Source of the DNA: an uncultured Methanomicrobiaceae archaeon
GTDB taxonomy: Archaea > Halobacteriota > Methanomicrobia > Methanomicrobiales > Methanoculleaceae
DNA: 64,000 nucleotides
Assembly (NCBI GenBank): GCA_963826525.1
Contig: CAWGXH010000005.1
Coordinates: forward strand, 256,001-320,000
Reading direction: 5' to 3'
Part shown: positions 33,566-46,574 of the stretch, one piece after another
How positions within the stretch are numbered: the stretch's first letter is position 1
How the letters are laid out: each line of letters starts with the position of its first letter
Made by a program: the position numbers and the translations under genes
Notes under the pieces: generated by a model
Told to the model about the DNA's origin: nothing
What the model saw: the letters and a program-made list of their open reading frames with translations, nothing else
Database searches by the model: none

Positions 33566-35050
33566 TCAGTGGCGGAAGTAGCGCACGCCGGTGAAGACCA
33601 TGGCGACATCGAGGCGGTTTGCCGCGGCGATCACTTCATTGTCACGAATCGATCCGCCGGGCTGCACGAGAGCGGTGGCGCCGGCCTCTGCTGCGACCTC
33701 CAGGGTGTCGGGGAAGGGGAGGAAAGCGTCCGAGGCGACTGCCGAACCCTTCAGGGATCCCCGCGCCTTCTCGGTGGCGATCTTTGCCGAGTCGACCCGG
33801 CTCATCTGCCCGGCGCCGATCCCGAGGACGGAGGACTCGTCCGCGAAGATGATGGTGTTGCTTTTGGTGTGCTTGCAGACCCGCCACGCAAGAACCATCG
33901 CCCGCATCTCGTGAGCGGTAGGCTCGCGCTCGCTGACAACCTGCCAGTTCTCACGGTAGGCCGGCGTCCGCTGGAGGAGAATGCCGCCGTCGATGGTCCG
34001 GAGTTCGTCCTGCTCCACCGGTGCCGGAAGAAGCAGCACCCGCATATTCTCTTTTGCCTTCATAATATCGAGCGCCTCGGGGGTGAACGAGGGTGCCACG
34101 ACGACCTCGACGAAGGTCTTTGCTATCTCTTCCGCAACCTCCTTCGTCACCTCCCGATTGAGGGCGACGACCGACCCGTATGCGGAGATGGGGTCGACCT
34201 CGCGTGCGATGACATAGGCGTCGAGCAGGCGCTTGCCGACCGCCACGCCGCAGGGGTTGTTATGCTTGACGATGACGGCACAGACCTCGTCGAACTCCCG
34301 CAGCAGTCCCACGGCGGCGTTGACGTCGAGATAGTTATTATAGGACATCTGCTTGCCCTGCAGGGGCAGCTCCGCCGCAATCCCGAGGTCGCCGTAGACG
34401 GCCGCCTGCTGGTGGGGGTTTTCGCCATAGCGGAGGATGCGGCCGTTCCGGAACTGGACGGTGAGAACTTCGGGGAACGGCCGGTCGATCGACGTTAAGT
34501 AGTTCGTGATAGCCCCGTCGTAGGCTGCCGTCCGGGCAAACGCCGTGGCGGCGAGCTGCTGCCGCTCTTCAGCAGTGAACCCTCCTCGCCGGACGGCCTC
34601 GATCGCCGTGCCGTAGTCCGACGGGTCGACGATGACCGCTACGTCCTTGTGATTCTTCGCCGCTGCCCGGATCATCGCCGGACCGCCGATATCGATGTAC
34701 TCGACCATCGCATCGAGGCCGAGCCCCTGCCGGCTCATCTCCTCGAAGGGATAGAGATTGACCACCACAAGGTCGATCGGCTCAATGCCGTGCTCTTCCA
34801 TCACCGCATCGTCGATCCCGCGTCTTCCGAGGATCCCGCCGTGCACCTTCGGATGGAGCGTCTTGACGCGTCCGTGCATCATCTCCGGCGACCCGGTGTA
34901 CGACGAGACGTCGGTGTAGGGGATCCCTGCTTCCCGGAGAACGGATCCCGTTCCCCCCGAGCTCAAGATCCCGTAATCTGCATCAACAAGAGCCTTTGCG
35001 AGGTCCAGGATGCCTGTTTTGTCCCAAACAGACAGCAATGCCCATTTCAT
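33566..35050 (-). CDS. purH: Bifunctional AICAR transformylase/IMP cyclohydrolase
   Basis: ALLSVWDKTG, GRVKTLHP, IDIGGP, RYGENPHQ, KHNNPCG, SDAFLPF, RYFRH. Confidence 0.96.
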   Translation of the reverse strand: MKWALLSVWDKTGILDLAKALVDADYGILSSGGTGSVLREAGIPYTDVSSYTGSPEMMHGRVKTLHPKVHGGILGRRGIDDAVMEEHGIEPIDLVVVNLYPFEEMSRQGLGLDAMVEYIDIGGPAMIRAAAKNHKDVAVIVDPSDYGTAIEAVRRGGFTAEERQQLAATAFARTAAYDGAITNYLTSIDRPFPEVLTVQFRNGRILRYGENPHQQAAVYGDLGIAAELPLQGKQMSYNNYLDVNAAVGLLREFDEVCAVIVKHNNPCGVAVGKRLLDAYVIAREVDPISAYGSVVALNREVTKEVAEEIAKTFVEVVVAPSFTPEALDIMKAKENMRVLLLPAPVEQDELRTIDGGILLQRTPAYRENWQVVSEREPTAHEMRAMVLAWRVCKHTKSNTIIFADESSVLGIGAGQMSRVDSAKIATEKARGSLKGSAVASDAFLPFPDTLEVAAEAGATALVQPGGSIRDNEVIAAANRLDVAMVFTGVRYFRH

Positions 35051-35304
35051 GAAGGACATATGAGCTTGACACACTTTTATACTTGGCGAGCAGACCCGGA
35101 CATCGGGTCTCGCCCGGATACGGTACCGTTCCCTCAGGGGCTTTCGGGGGAATGCGGGCTGAATGATGACCGAACGTTCGCAGATCCGCCATGTCGATCG
35201 CCTGGCGCATTCCGCGCCGGAAATCCGGGAGGAGATACAAAATGGCTCCAATTTAGCGGTTATATCGGAAAAGGCCTGATTATCGGAGTGTTTCTCTCCG
35301 GACG

Positions 35305-35360
35305 TTAGATAGTTATATATAGAACCACATTACAATACTTATCTATACCTATTATTACAC
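35305..35360 (+). promoter_or_regulatory. Putative promoter of grpE-dnaK-dnaJ
   Basis: TTATATATA TATA-like box in an AT-rich stretch; GGAGGT RBS before the grpE ATG. Confidence 0.55.
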
Positions 35361-35389
35361 GAGATACATCTTTTCGTGGAGGTAATCGT

Positions 35390-35903
35390 ATGACTGAGGA
35401 ACAACCACGACAGACTGATGCGGAGAACGCCACTCTCGCGAGAGAACCGGAGGCATGCTCTTCCGAGGTCGAGGATCTGCGGAAGGAATACGATGACCTC
35501 AACGATCGCTTCCTGCGGCTTGCAGCAGATTTTGACAATTACCAGAGACGGATGGCGCGGGAACTTGAGACCCGGACGACATTTGCGATTGAATCATTTG
35601 CAGTAGAGCTGACTCGACGTGCTCGATAACTTCGAGCGGGCTACAGCCGCGGACGATGCCAGTCTCCGCGAAGGCCTGGACCAGATCAAGAAGCTCTTCA
35701 CGGCGATTCTGCAGCGGCACGAGATCGCGCCGATCGACTGCTGCAACCGGCCGTTCGATCCCCGGGAGCACGAAGCAGTTGCGTATATCCCGGCAGACGC
35801 GATAGAGGGAACCGTGATCGATGAGGTAATTCGCGGGTATTGCATGAAGGACAAGGTCATCAGATGTTCAAAAGTCGTAGTATCACGAGGTAAGGAGGAG
35901 TAA
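35390..35903 (+). CDS. grpE: Nucleotide exchange factor GrpE (frameshift ~35612)
   Basis: [29 protein letters not shown]. Confidence 0.93.
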
Positions 35904-35908
35904 AACAC

Positions 35909-37735
<1,827 letters not shown>

Positions 37736-37740
37736 GTCCA

Positions 37741-38886
37741 ATGGGTCCGGGAGAGCCTACTATGATATCCTCGGCGTTGCCAGGGATGCAAACGAGAAGG
37801 AGATCAAAAAGGCGTACCGAGACCTCGCTCGCAAACACCACCCCGACGTCTGCAAAGAGTCGGGTGCGGAGGAGAAGTTCAAGAAGATCAACGAGGCCTA
37901 CAGCGTCCTGTCGGACTCGCAGAAGCGCGCCCAGTACCGACCATATGGGGCACGACGCATTCAGCCACGCCTCAAAGGGGTCGTACTCCGGCGGCGGCGG
38001 TCCCGGCGGTGGGTTCAACGCGGACTTCTCGGGCTTTGGGGATATCTTCGATACCTTTTTCGGCGGCGGCGGCGCTCGCAGTGCCGGCCCGCGGCCCGGT
38101 GCCGATCTCCTCATGAAGATGCGGATAACCCTTGAGGATGCGGCTCTCGGAACCGAGAAAGAGGTCGGCCTCACCCACTCGGAACCCTGCCCGGACTGCA
38201 ACGGGACGGGCAGCCAGACGAAGAAATTCAATACCTGCACGACCTGTGGCGGAACCGGGCAGATGCGGCAGATGAGCCAGTCTATCTTTGGTCAGTTCGT
38301 CCGGATGAGCACCTGTACCGCCTGCGGCGGACGCGGCAGGATACCGGAAGAGCGGTGCCGGGCGTGCGGCGGGAGCGGCCGCCAGCAGGTGCACCGGAAA
38401 GTCAAGGTTAATGTCCCCCCGGGCATCGATACGGGAATGCGCCTCCGGATGGAGGGGTTCGGTGAGGCAGGAGACTATGGAGCGCCGAACGGGGATCTCT
38501 ACATCGAGATAGAGGTGGCGCCGCACAAGAGGTTCGTCCGCCGCGGATACGATCTCGAGACGCCGGTCACGATATCGGCCGCCCAGGCGGCGCTCGGTTC
38601 GAAGGTCGAGATCGGGACGATCGACGGCCGCACCATCGACCTCTCCATACCCCCGGGCGTGCAGCACGATACCGGGCTGAAGATCCCGGGCGAAGGCATA
38701 CGCCGGCACGGCCGTCCCGGAGACCTGATTGCACGCGTCGGTATCGTCATCCCCAGGTCGCTCTCGGCGGAGCAGCGCGAGCTCTACGAGAAGCTCCTTG
38801 AGATTGAGGGGAAACGACCCCAAAAATCTCATAAGAAGGGATTCTTCCAGGACGTCGTCGACAAAGTGAAAGAGACGGTCAAGTAG
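37741..38886 (+). CDS. dnaJ: Chaperone DnaJ (frameshifts ~37757, ~37940)
   Basis: YYDILGV..KHHPD in shifted frame, G/F region, four CxxCxGxG. Confidence 0.95.
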   Translation: MGPGEPTMISSALPGMQTRRRSKRRTETSLANTTPTSAKSRVRRRSSRRSTRPTASCRTRRSAPSTDHMGHDAFSHASKGSYSGGGGPGGGFNADFSGFGDIFDTFFGGGGARSAGPRPGADLLMKMRITLEDAALGTEKEVGLTHSEPCPDCNGTGSQTKKFNTCTTCGGTGQMRQMSQSIFGQFVRMSTCTACGGRGRIPEERCRACGGSGRQQVHRKVKVNVPPGIDTGMRLRMEGFGEAGDYGAPNGDLYIEIEVAPHKRFVRRGYDLETPVTISAAQAALGSKVEIGTIDGRTIDLSIPPGVQHDTGLKIPGEGIRRHGRPGDLIARVGIVIPRSLSAEQRELYEKLLEIEGKRPQKSHKKGFFQDVVDKVKETVK

Positions 38887-39020
38887 CAAGACCGGCACTC
38901 GCGGCAGAAAAGATCCAGCACCGCTTCTCTTCTCAGCGATCGGCAGATCGCCTCGATACACACCACTGCCGACCGATCACATGCCGGTTTAATAGCGCCG
39001 CAAATCCAATAGATAGGGAG

Positions 39021-39974
39021 ATGAAACTCCTCTTCGAACTCTCCGGCGAGCACCCGGATCTCCCGGTTGCGGAGCTTGCATGCGTCGGCACCCTGCTCGA
39101 CCGGCGGACGCAGGTGGCGGTAGCCGAGTGTCCCGATCCGGGAAAAACATCCCGGCTCGCGCTCACGCACGTCGTCTCCGAGTACCTCGGCGAGTGCGAA
39201 GCGACGAAGGAGGCGCTCGCCGATCTCCTGCGGGATCTCTCCCTGACAACCGACCGGCCGTTCGTCGGCAGGGTGAAAAAGGTGCATAGCGCCGGGATGG
39301 AAACCCCGCAGCTCGAGCTCGAGCGAATGATCGGCGGGATGATCAGAGGTCCGGTCTCGCTGAAAAATCCGGAAGAGGAGTACCGTGCCCTCGTCTCCGA
39401 CAATCGATGTTACTTCGGCCGGGTGATCGACCGGATCGACCGGGGAGCGTTCGAGTATCGCAATCCCATGCGGAGACCCTTCTTCCATCCGGGCGTGATG
39501 ATGCCGCGGACGGCACGGGCTATCGTCAACCTCTCCCTCGTCTCTGAAGGGGAGATGCTCTGCGACCCGTTCTGCGGCACCGGGGGCATTCTCCTTGAGG
39601 CGGAGTCTATCGGTGTTGCGACGGTCGGAAGCGACTTCGATCCGATGATGGTCGAGGGATGCCGCCAGAACCTCCCGAAGGCGCCCGTGATCCTTGCCGA
39701 TGCGACGAACCTGCCCTTCGCCGATGCTTCGATCGATGCCGTGGTGACCGATCTGCCGTACGGCCAGTCGGTACGGATCCGGGCCGATAGCATGGATGGC
39801 CTCTACGCCGGGGCATTTGCCGAGATACGCCGTATCCTCCGGCCGGGTCGGCGGGCGGTCATCGTCACCCACCGGGACGTGACACCGATCGCAGCCCGGG
39901 AGTTCGATATTCTCGAGACCCACCTGCAGCGGGTTCACAAGAGTCTGACGCGGCGTATCATGGTACTTGGGTAA
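39021..39974 (+). CDS. trmG10: tRNA (guanine(10)-N2)-dimethyltransferase Trm-G10/Trm11
   Basis: FELSGEH, RPFFHPG, DPFCGTGG, TDLPYG, VHKSLTR. Confidence 0.88.
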   Translation: MKLLFELSGEHPDLPVAELACVGTLLDRRTQVAVAECPDPGKTSRLALTHVVSEYLGECEATKEALADLLRDLSLTTDRPFVGRVKKVHSAGMETPQLELERMIGGMIRGPVSLKNPEEEYRALVSDNRCYFGRVIDRIDRGAFEYRNPMRRPFFHPGVMMPRTARAIVNLSLVSEGEMLCDPFCGTGGILLEAESIGVATVGSDFDPMMVEGCRQNLPKAPVILADATNLPFADASIDAVVTDLPYGQSVRIRADSMDGLYAGAFAEIRRILRPGRRAVIVTHRDVTPIAAREFDILETHLQRVHKSLTRRIMVLG

Positions 39975-40056
39975 CTGCGAGAGATGCCGGAATTATTCAG
40001 GGCAGAATGTTCCGGGCTATGCCCACCTTTAAGATATAATATTGGTACTTTTATAT

Positions 40057-40426
40057 ATGCAGATCAATTTTAAGCGATACGGGCTGTACCTCGTCCGGTG
40101 GCAGCTTCTCGACGCCGATCCTTGCCGTCGCCCTCTATCTTCTTGCGCCTATCGGAGCGCTGGCTGCAACGGTCGTTGCAAACTTGATCGGCGGGCTCAT
40201 CTTCTTCTGGGTCGATCGGTTCATCTTCACGTCGCAGGCGCTCGCCGCCCAGTGGGAGGTGCGGGAAGAGATCCGATGCGTCGACTGCGGCAGAGTGGCG
40301 CGTGGATACCGGCTGGTGCGTGCCGATAATTACGACCGGAGCGGAGACGCCGAGCCTGAGTTCCGCTGCGAGGAGTGTTCGAAGAAGAAGTCCGAAGAAC
40401 TCCGCAAGAGGGGCATCAGGCTGTGA
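40057..40426 (+). CDS. Small membrane protein with C-terminal Zn ribbon (frameshift ~40107)
   Basis: YLVRWQLSTP..ANLIGGLIFFWVDRFIF; CVDC and CEEC. Confidence 0.7.
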
Positions 40427-40438
40427 CGGAACCTCTCC

Positions 40439-40997
40439 TCACCGGATCAGCGTGAGGACAGCACATGCCGCAAGCGGGACGACCAGGTTATCGTCGATCG
40501 GGGAGACGACCTCGACTATTCCTGTCACCACAGCGACGAAGAGCGCCGTCCATGGCGGGATGAAGAGCGAGAGGGCAGCAGCGGTCGCGATAATCCCGGA
40601 AAGCGTCCCTTCAACCGATTTTTTCCGGTACAGTGTGTGCTTCCCGATCCTGATACCGACAAGCGTCGAGACGCTGTCGAGGATACCGAGGGTGACGAGA
40701 CCGATGGCGGTGAAGAACGCGACCAAAGACGGTGTAGCAGAGGAGTGCGCTGATCCCGTATGCGAGGGTGCCCTTCATCGGCACTCTGCCCCGGCGTTTA
40801 ACCTCATCCAGCAGGGAGACCAGCCCCGGGATCGGGATATCGTAGCCGCGGGTTATGACGTCAAGGATGATAAAACCGGTGAAGAGGACGAGACTCAGGA
40901 AGATCAGGGCGGTTCCCGGCTGTACGGTGACGAGGATCAGAGCCCCGAGTATACCCATCAGGAAATGCACCGTCTGCCGGAACACCTCGTCGACCAT
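40439..40997 (-). CDS. Dolichol kinase/phytol kinase-like membrane protein (frameshift ~40722)
   Basis: EVFRQTVHF, DSVSTLVG..G, KKSVEGT, IDDNLVVP. Confidence 0.8.
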
Positions 40998-41122
40998 CGC
41001 ATGATTCTCACAATCATACTGTTTAAATTCTCCTGCAGCAGGTATCCGGCGATCACCCCCTGTCACTCGCGTTACTTTCTTAAGGTCTTCTCCTATCTTA
41101 CTCCGGAACAGGGGATCTGTAT

Positions 41123-41890
41123 ATGAGAAGAAATGTGTATGCCAACCCGCCTATCTCCGAGGCGGTATGCGAATTCCGGTTTCCACTGGAGATGCCCTGG
41201 GATATGACGTTCCCGGGAATTTTGTTCGAAAACATGAAGAGTATGTATCCGAAACGGGATCAGCGATGGGTCCGTGAGGTGGTCGTCATGCTCGGTCCCG
41301 AAGGGCTCCGGGAAGAACTCCTGGTCACCGAACGCTCCATGCTCTCGACCGAGGACGGCACCTGTGCCGTCCAGGTGGGGCCCCGGCTCTTCTCCGTGAA
41401 CTGCCAGAGACCCCACGCAGACTGGGACGAATTTAGCCAGCGGATCGACGGTGCATACTCCCGCTTCCGTAACGTCATCGGCGTGCCCGGGATCAGGACA
41501 CTGAACCTTCGCTACATCAACACCATCGAGATTCCGGAAGAGGAGATCGCCCTTGGCGATTACTTCTCATTCTACCCGACCTTCCCCGAAGCGCTCAAAG
41601 GGCTGCCGGTCGGATTCATCTCCGGTGCGGAGTTCTCGTTCGAGGAGGGACGGGACAACTGCCGGGTGGAGCTCACCGATGCGGTGGCCGATATGCCCGG
41701 GACAAATGCGTTTCTCCTAAACATCGACTACTACCTGACGGAAGAAGGGGATATTGCACCCGATGACGTGATGGCGTGGATAGGCCAGGCACACGAACGG
41801 GTGGAGATGATCTTCGAGGCCTGTATCACCGATAGGCTGCGGAGTCTCTTCGGGCGACGAAGGGAAGAAGAGGCGCTCGCCGCACCGTAA
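41123..41890 (+). CDS. TIGR04255 family protein
   Basis: YANPPISEAVCEFRF, LRYINTI, LNIDY, IFEACIT. Confidence 0.8.
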   Translation: MRRNVYANPPISEAVCEFRFPLEMPWDMTFPGILFENMKSMYPKRDQRWVREVVVMLGPEGLREELLVTERSMLSTEDGTCAVQVGPRLFSVNCQRPHADWDEFSQRIDGAYSRFRNVIGVPGIRTLNLRYINTIEIPEEEIALGDYFSFYPTFPEALKGLPVGFISGAEFSFEEGRDNCRVELTDAVADMPGTNAFLLNIDYYLTEEGDIAPDDVMAWIGQAHERVEMIFEACITDRLRSLFGRRREEEALAAP

Positions 41891-41948
41891 TGTGAGCGGG
41901 AGGTCATCTCCCGCTCATCTTCGTATCGGCGATCTCCTGGCCGGTCGA

Positions 41949-42365
41949 TCACTCCAGGCTTCCCATGTCGACGCCCACCAGCCCGACGACGGTGCCGTTT
42001 GAGTCCTTTATCGGAGCATATCCGGAGATGGCGGTATACGTGACGTTACCCCACTGTGCGGTGTAGAACGCGGGTTCCGCGGAGGGCTCCACAAATCCGG
42101 CGAGAAACGCGGTGTCCAGAGCCGTTGGATAGCAGACATAGCCGATCGGCGCTCCGTCATTGATACTGTAGTCGGCATCGACGATGTACTCGGTGGCATT
42201 CCCCACCTTCCGCATCGTATAGATATAGAGGATATCGGAGTTGGACGACCGGATGGCATCGAGCTGGTCACGGATATCGCGATGAACTCTTGCGTATCCT
42301 CATCCCCCGGCTTGAGCGCCGCCAGGGCGTCAACGGCGATCTGGTCTGCGATCTCCACTGCAAGG
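41949..42365 (-). pseudogene. Isolated Cache/PDC sensor-domain copy, paralogous to ~43200-43580 (frameshift ~42275)
   Basis: ALKPGDEDTQEF, YIYTMRKVG..VDADY, QWG..SGYAPIKDSNGTVVGLVGVDM; no start codon or TM segment found. Confidence 0.65.
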
Positions 42366-42678
42366 ACTTTCGGATCGCTTTCTGCTGTCTCCGCCGGCAC
42401 CGGTTTCGTCTTAATGCAAAAAGCCGGTTTTCGGACTTCCCCGGCAGCGTTTACCAACCCCTGTGTACTGCCGGTGCGCGGCCCTTATGCCGCGGCGCCC
42501 AGGAGAGCACGAGATCCGTAAAGGTACAAAATCCGCTCGTATTCGCTGGTCCGAACGTAGGGCACGGCACCGGGCTATGAGAAAAGATGGTGGACGATTA
42601 CGGATATCGAGGGGGGTTTAAACCGTTACCCTCAATTACCCGGGCAACTACCACCGTGAGTGGGAGAGGATCCCCCTC

Positions 42679-42909
42679 TCATCCCATGCGGGTAATCCTT
42701 GATGCGAGTTCTTCGGCTTTCTTCTTCTCGATGATCAGTGCCGCCGATGTGCTGACCCATGTGGCCAGTTCGGGGATGTGCGACTTCTGCAGATCGGTGA
42801 ATGCAAGACCGTTTAAGTGGGACTTTGTCTGCCGTTCAAGAAATCGCTCGGCTGCCGGGCCGAGATACTGAAGAGATACTTTCAGTACCTCGTCTGAGAG
42901 CTGGCTCAT
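42679..42909 (-). CDS. 76-aa conserved hypothetical protein (in frame with upstream HAMP gene in this assembly)
   Basis: AGGAGG RBS before ATG at 42909; LQYLGPAAERFLERQTKSHL. Confidence 0.7.
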   Translation of the reverse strand: MSQLSDEVLKVSLQYLGPAAERFLERQTKSHLNGLAFTDLQKSHIPELATWVSTSAALIIEKKKAEELASRITRMG

Positions 42910-42919
42910 CCAAACCCTC

Positions 42920-43740
42920 CTACTTTGTCCCGTACTCAGGTCCATCATGATCTTGAGGCTCGCGACCATTCGGCCGAAGGACTCCGCGAGTTCTCCGATC
43001 TCGTCTTTCCGCTCGACGTCGACGGAGACGTCGGTGCTGCCCATGCTGATCGCATTTGCCGTTCCGTTCAGTTTCTTGATGTCGCGGATGATCGTCCGCG
43101 AGAAGAGAGCGATGAACCCGCCGGCAACGAGAATGGCGATACCGATTACTACGAAGATGGTGTTCCCGATGAAGTCCTGCCGTGCGATCACCCGGGAGCT
43201 GTCCATGTCGACACCCACGAGCCCGACGACGGCGCCGGCCGAGTCCTTCACGGGAGCATACCCTGATAGGACGGTGCCCCACTGGTCGGTGGTGAACTCG
43301 CTGTCTGCAGAGGATTCCACAAATCCGGCGAGCAACTCGGGAACTGTCTCGTCGTAGAGATCGCCGATTGCGGCTCCGTCATCGATACCGTAATCGGCAT
43401 CCACGACGAACTCGACGGTGTCCCCGACGTTCCGCATCGTGTAGAGGTAGAGGATCTCGGGGCTCGAGGACCGGATGGTATCGAGCTGGTCACGGATCGC
43501 GACGAACTCTTGCGTATCCTCGTCCCCCGGCCGGAGCGCCGCCATGGCGTCACCGTCGATCTGGGTTGCGATGACCGCTGCCAGCGCTTTCAGCTCGTCC
43601 TGCGTGGTCTCCTTTAATGCTGATTTCGTCTCTCCATAGGTAAATACAAACGTAAGCCCTGATATAACGAGAATCAGGACGATGAAACTGACCGTCAGTT
43701 TGGTCTGAATGCTCTGTTGCCACGGTGTCAAAACACACAC
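42920..43740 (-). CDS. TM-Cache-TM-HAMP membrane protein without output domain
   Basis: TM1, extracellular DQWG..SGYAPVKD, TM2, HAMP (ANAISMG..RKDEIGELAESFGRM). Confidence 0.85.
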
Positions 43741-43891
43741 TCCTTTCCGGATACTCTATTTTGGAGGGCAAAACTTAAACATTCGTAAATGTTTCGGCGA
43801 TTCTGAATGCCTGTATGGCAATTTAACGGCGTATTTTTGGAGTGCTGGAAAAATACAGTGCCCTGGGATTTTTCCAGTACCCTTGGAAACA

Positions 43892-44585
43892 TCACTTCTC
43901 GACGATGTACCGGACGAGGCTTTCGGGCCTGATTCCGACGGCGTTCAGGACAAGGACCAGAAGATAGAGGACGCTCAACCGGTATTTCCCGACCGCGGCA
44001 TACCGCCGGTGCGAGGCTCTGATCGTCCGGTCAATCCTGATAAGTCTCCCATACTGCCGTGCCGCCCGGGAGAAGACGAAGTCCTCAAGATAGGGAAGCT
44101 GCTCATACCCGCCGATCCGGAAGAAAGCCTCTCTCTCGATGAAGATGCCGAAGTCTCCGAAGTATGTCTCTGTCCTCTCTGCGAGGATGTTGCCGACGGC
44201 ACTTGTCAGACGAAGCAGGGGATCCTGGGTGTCGAAGGAGTGCAAAAAACCACCGCCGATCACGGTATCTTCCGCACACACCTGCTCGATAACCCGCAGG
44301 GAATCGTGCGGGATCCGGCAATCTGCATGTAGAAAGAGCAGAATAGCACCTGCGGCATGTGCTGCCCCGGCATTCATCTGGAGCCCCCGCCCCTTCGGTG
44401 ATGTCAGCAGGAGAAACCTGTGGCGAAGCGACGAGGCGACAGCAGCAATCTCCCGGAGCGTCCCGTCCCGGCTGCCGCCGTCGACGACGATAATCTCGAG
44501 ATCCCCGGCAAGACCGTCGACGTGCGAGAGGTACTCTAGAATAGTTCCCTCTTCGTTCAGGACCCGGTGTGATGATAGATATCAT
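43892..44585 (-). CDS. GT2 glycosyltransferase, TIGR04283-like (frameshifts near 5' end)
   Basis: ISIITPVLNEE, VDGGSRD, QMNAGA, FLHAD, YFGDFGIF, GGY..LED, SHRRY. Confidence 0.82.
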
Positions 44586-44667
44586 AGTCCCCGCATGACT
44601 GCAGTCACCGTCATCAACATATATGATAATGTCATGGTAGGGGGTGTGGCTTCAGGGGCTCGTCGGC

Positions 44668-45792
44668 ATGAGTAATAACCGACAGACGACAGAGATCGAA
44701 GACAGCATAGTTTCCTGTGGGTGTCTCCACCTCGATGCCGGAGAGGTAATCCGCTATTTTGAGGAAGAGCGGGTCTACTCTATCCAGATAGAATCGAATC
44801 TCTCCTGTCCTCAGGGTTGCCGTTATTGCTACGCATCGGCAGACGGTGCGCACGCATGGGAACTTTCGGCCGAGGATATCTCCGCCGTGCTCTATGCAGG
44901 AGCAACGATGGACGTGAAGGCAATCGAATGGCTCGGCGGCGACCCGCTGTGCCGGCCGGACTGGTACGAGCTGATGGTTCACGCCGCGGATCTCGGATTT
45001 GTCAATAACATATGGACGAGCGGGATACCGCTTGCGGACCCTGCCGTTGCAAGCCGGGCAGTCGAGGTGACGGAAGGCGGGTTCATCTCCGTGCATCTCG
45101 ACAGCCTGAACCCCGGGATCTACGGTCTGCTGCATACCGGAGACGCGGACGCGAAGATCCGGGCGATATGCCGCGGTATAGAGGCCGTCCTCTCCCTCGG
45201 AAAGCCTGCCGGCGAACTTGCAAACTGCATCACCTTCACGCGCCCCCTGGCCGGCGACGACGTGAAAGAGACGATGCGGCACTTCTCTGAGGACCTCGGG
45301 ATGAAGATCTGCCTGACCCAGATCTGCAGCGTCGGCCTTGCGGAGGTTCATCAGGAGTGGATACCGACCCCGGGGGAGATCCGCGACGCCTGCAGAGAGC
45401 GGGATAGGATCTGTTTCCCCGATTCGTCATGGTCGCTTGGTACGATGGACGTGAACAAATTCTACTGCGGCGGAACTGTCTGTGTAACGGTGGACGGCGA
45501 TGTCACGCCCTGTTCGGTGATCAGAAAGGGGTATGGCAACATCAGGGAGAGGTCGCTTCGTAAGATCGTGGAAGAGCACCGGGACGATCTGCTCTTCTCC
45601 CGGATGAAGCAGCCGGGTGCGAACCCTTCCTCCTGCACCTGGTGCGAGCAGAGTGCCATCTGCTGGGGATGCCGGGCTCTGGCATACTACGCGACAGGGG
45701 ATCTCTGCGGAGAAGACCCGAAGTGCTGGCGTGCAGCCTTCGGAGGTGAGAAGCAGGGGGTGATCTCGTGGGCAAAAAACGGATGCCGATGA
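44668..45792 (+). CDS. Radical SAM/SPASM domain protein
   Basis: CPQGCRYC, GGDP; C-terminal C..VTVDGDVTPC..GNI..CTWCEQSAICWGCRA..C. Confidence 0.9.
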   Translation: MSNNRQTTEIEDSIVSCGCLHLDAGEVIRYFEEERVYSIQIESNLSCPQGCRYCYASADGAHAWELSAEDISAVLYAGATMDVKAIEWLGGDPLCRPDWYELMVHAADLGFVNNIWTSGIPLADPAVASRAVEVTEGGFISVHLDSLNPGIYGLLHTGDADAKIRAICRGIEAVLSLGKPAGELANCITFTRPLAGDDVKETMRHFSEDLGMKICLTQICSVGLAEVHQEWIPTPGEIRDACRERDRICFPDSSWSLGTMDVNKFYCGGTVCVTVDGDVTPCSVIRKGYGNIRERSLRKIVEEHRDDLLFSRMKQPGANPSSCTWCEQSAICWGCRALAYYATGDLCGEDPKCWRAAFGGEKQGVISWAKNGCR

Positions 45793-46574
45793 TGGATATC
45801 AACGTCGGTGACGTGATGACCGCCTATGAAGGACCGGTCGGCCGGATCTGGGAGATGCTGATGGGAGAAGAGATCCATGTCGGCGGCGAGGAGGAGACCC
45901 GGACTCTTGCGGAGATGGCGGGAATCGGTGAAGAGAGTCGCGTTCTCGACGTCCTTGCCGGTCTCGGAGGGCCGGCGAGGCACCTTTCACGAAGGTATGG
46001 TGCGACGGTGATGGGCCTTGACGTCACGCCCCGCATGGTCGCCGAAGCAGCAGAACGGACGAAGAACGAAGGGCTCGACGATCGCGTCACCTTCAGGCAG
46101 GGGAACGCCCTTGATATGCCTTTCAGATCCGGCACCTTCGATATCGTCTGGGGACAGGACTCCTGGTGCTATGTAACCGATAAAGACCGCCTGCTGAAGG
46201 AATGCAGCAGGGTAACAAAACCGGGAGGCACCATCGCCTTCACCGACTGGGTGCAGACCGGGCCGATGAGCGATGAGGAGCGGCACACCCTCACCACCTT
46301 CATGGTATTTCCGTACATGGAGACGCTCGAAGGATATACCGAACTCCTTACGCAGAACGGATTCGTGGTGACGAGGCGGGAAGATATCAGTGATGGTTTT
46401 GCCCGGCAGATGCACCGCTACCATGCATGTCTCACCGGCGAGCTCAAGCGCGAGATCGTCAATCTCTTCGAGGAAGAGACCTTCCGGGATGCGGAATGCG
46501 GACTCGCACTCTGGAAGAAAGCCGCCGAAGAAGGGAAGGTAGGCCGCGGCCGTTTTATCGGGCGGAAACCCTGA
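45789..46574 (+). CDS. Class I SAM-dependent methyltransferase (sarcosine/dimethylglycine MTase-like)
   Basis: EEIHVGG, VLDV..LGGPAR, GNALDMPF..FDIVWGQD, KPGG..FTDW; ATGA overlap. Confidence 0.85.
   Translation: MMDINVGDVMTAYEGPVGRIWEMLMGEEIHVGGEEETRTLAEMAGIGEESRVLDVLAGLGGPARHLSRRYGATVMGLDVTPRMVAEAAERTKNEGLDDRVTFRQGNALDMPFRSGTFDIVWGQDSWCYVTDKDRLLKECSRVTKPGGTIAFTDWVQTGPMSDEERHTLTTFMVFPYMETLEGYTELLTQNGFVVTRREDISDGFARQMHRYHACLTGELKREIVNLFEEETFRDAECGLALWKKAAEEGKVGRGRFIGRKP

Noticed and set aside
35260-35389. CIRCE/HrcA operator upstream of grpE
   Set aside because: No TTAGCACTC-N9-GAGTGCTAA inverted repeat and no hrcA gene present
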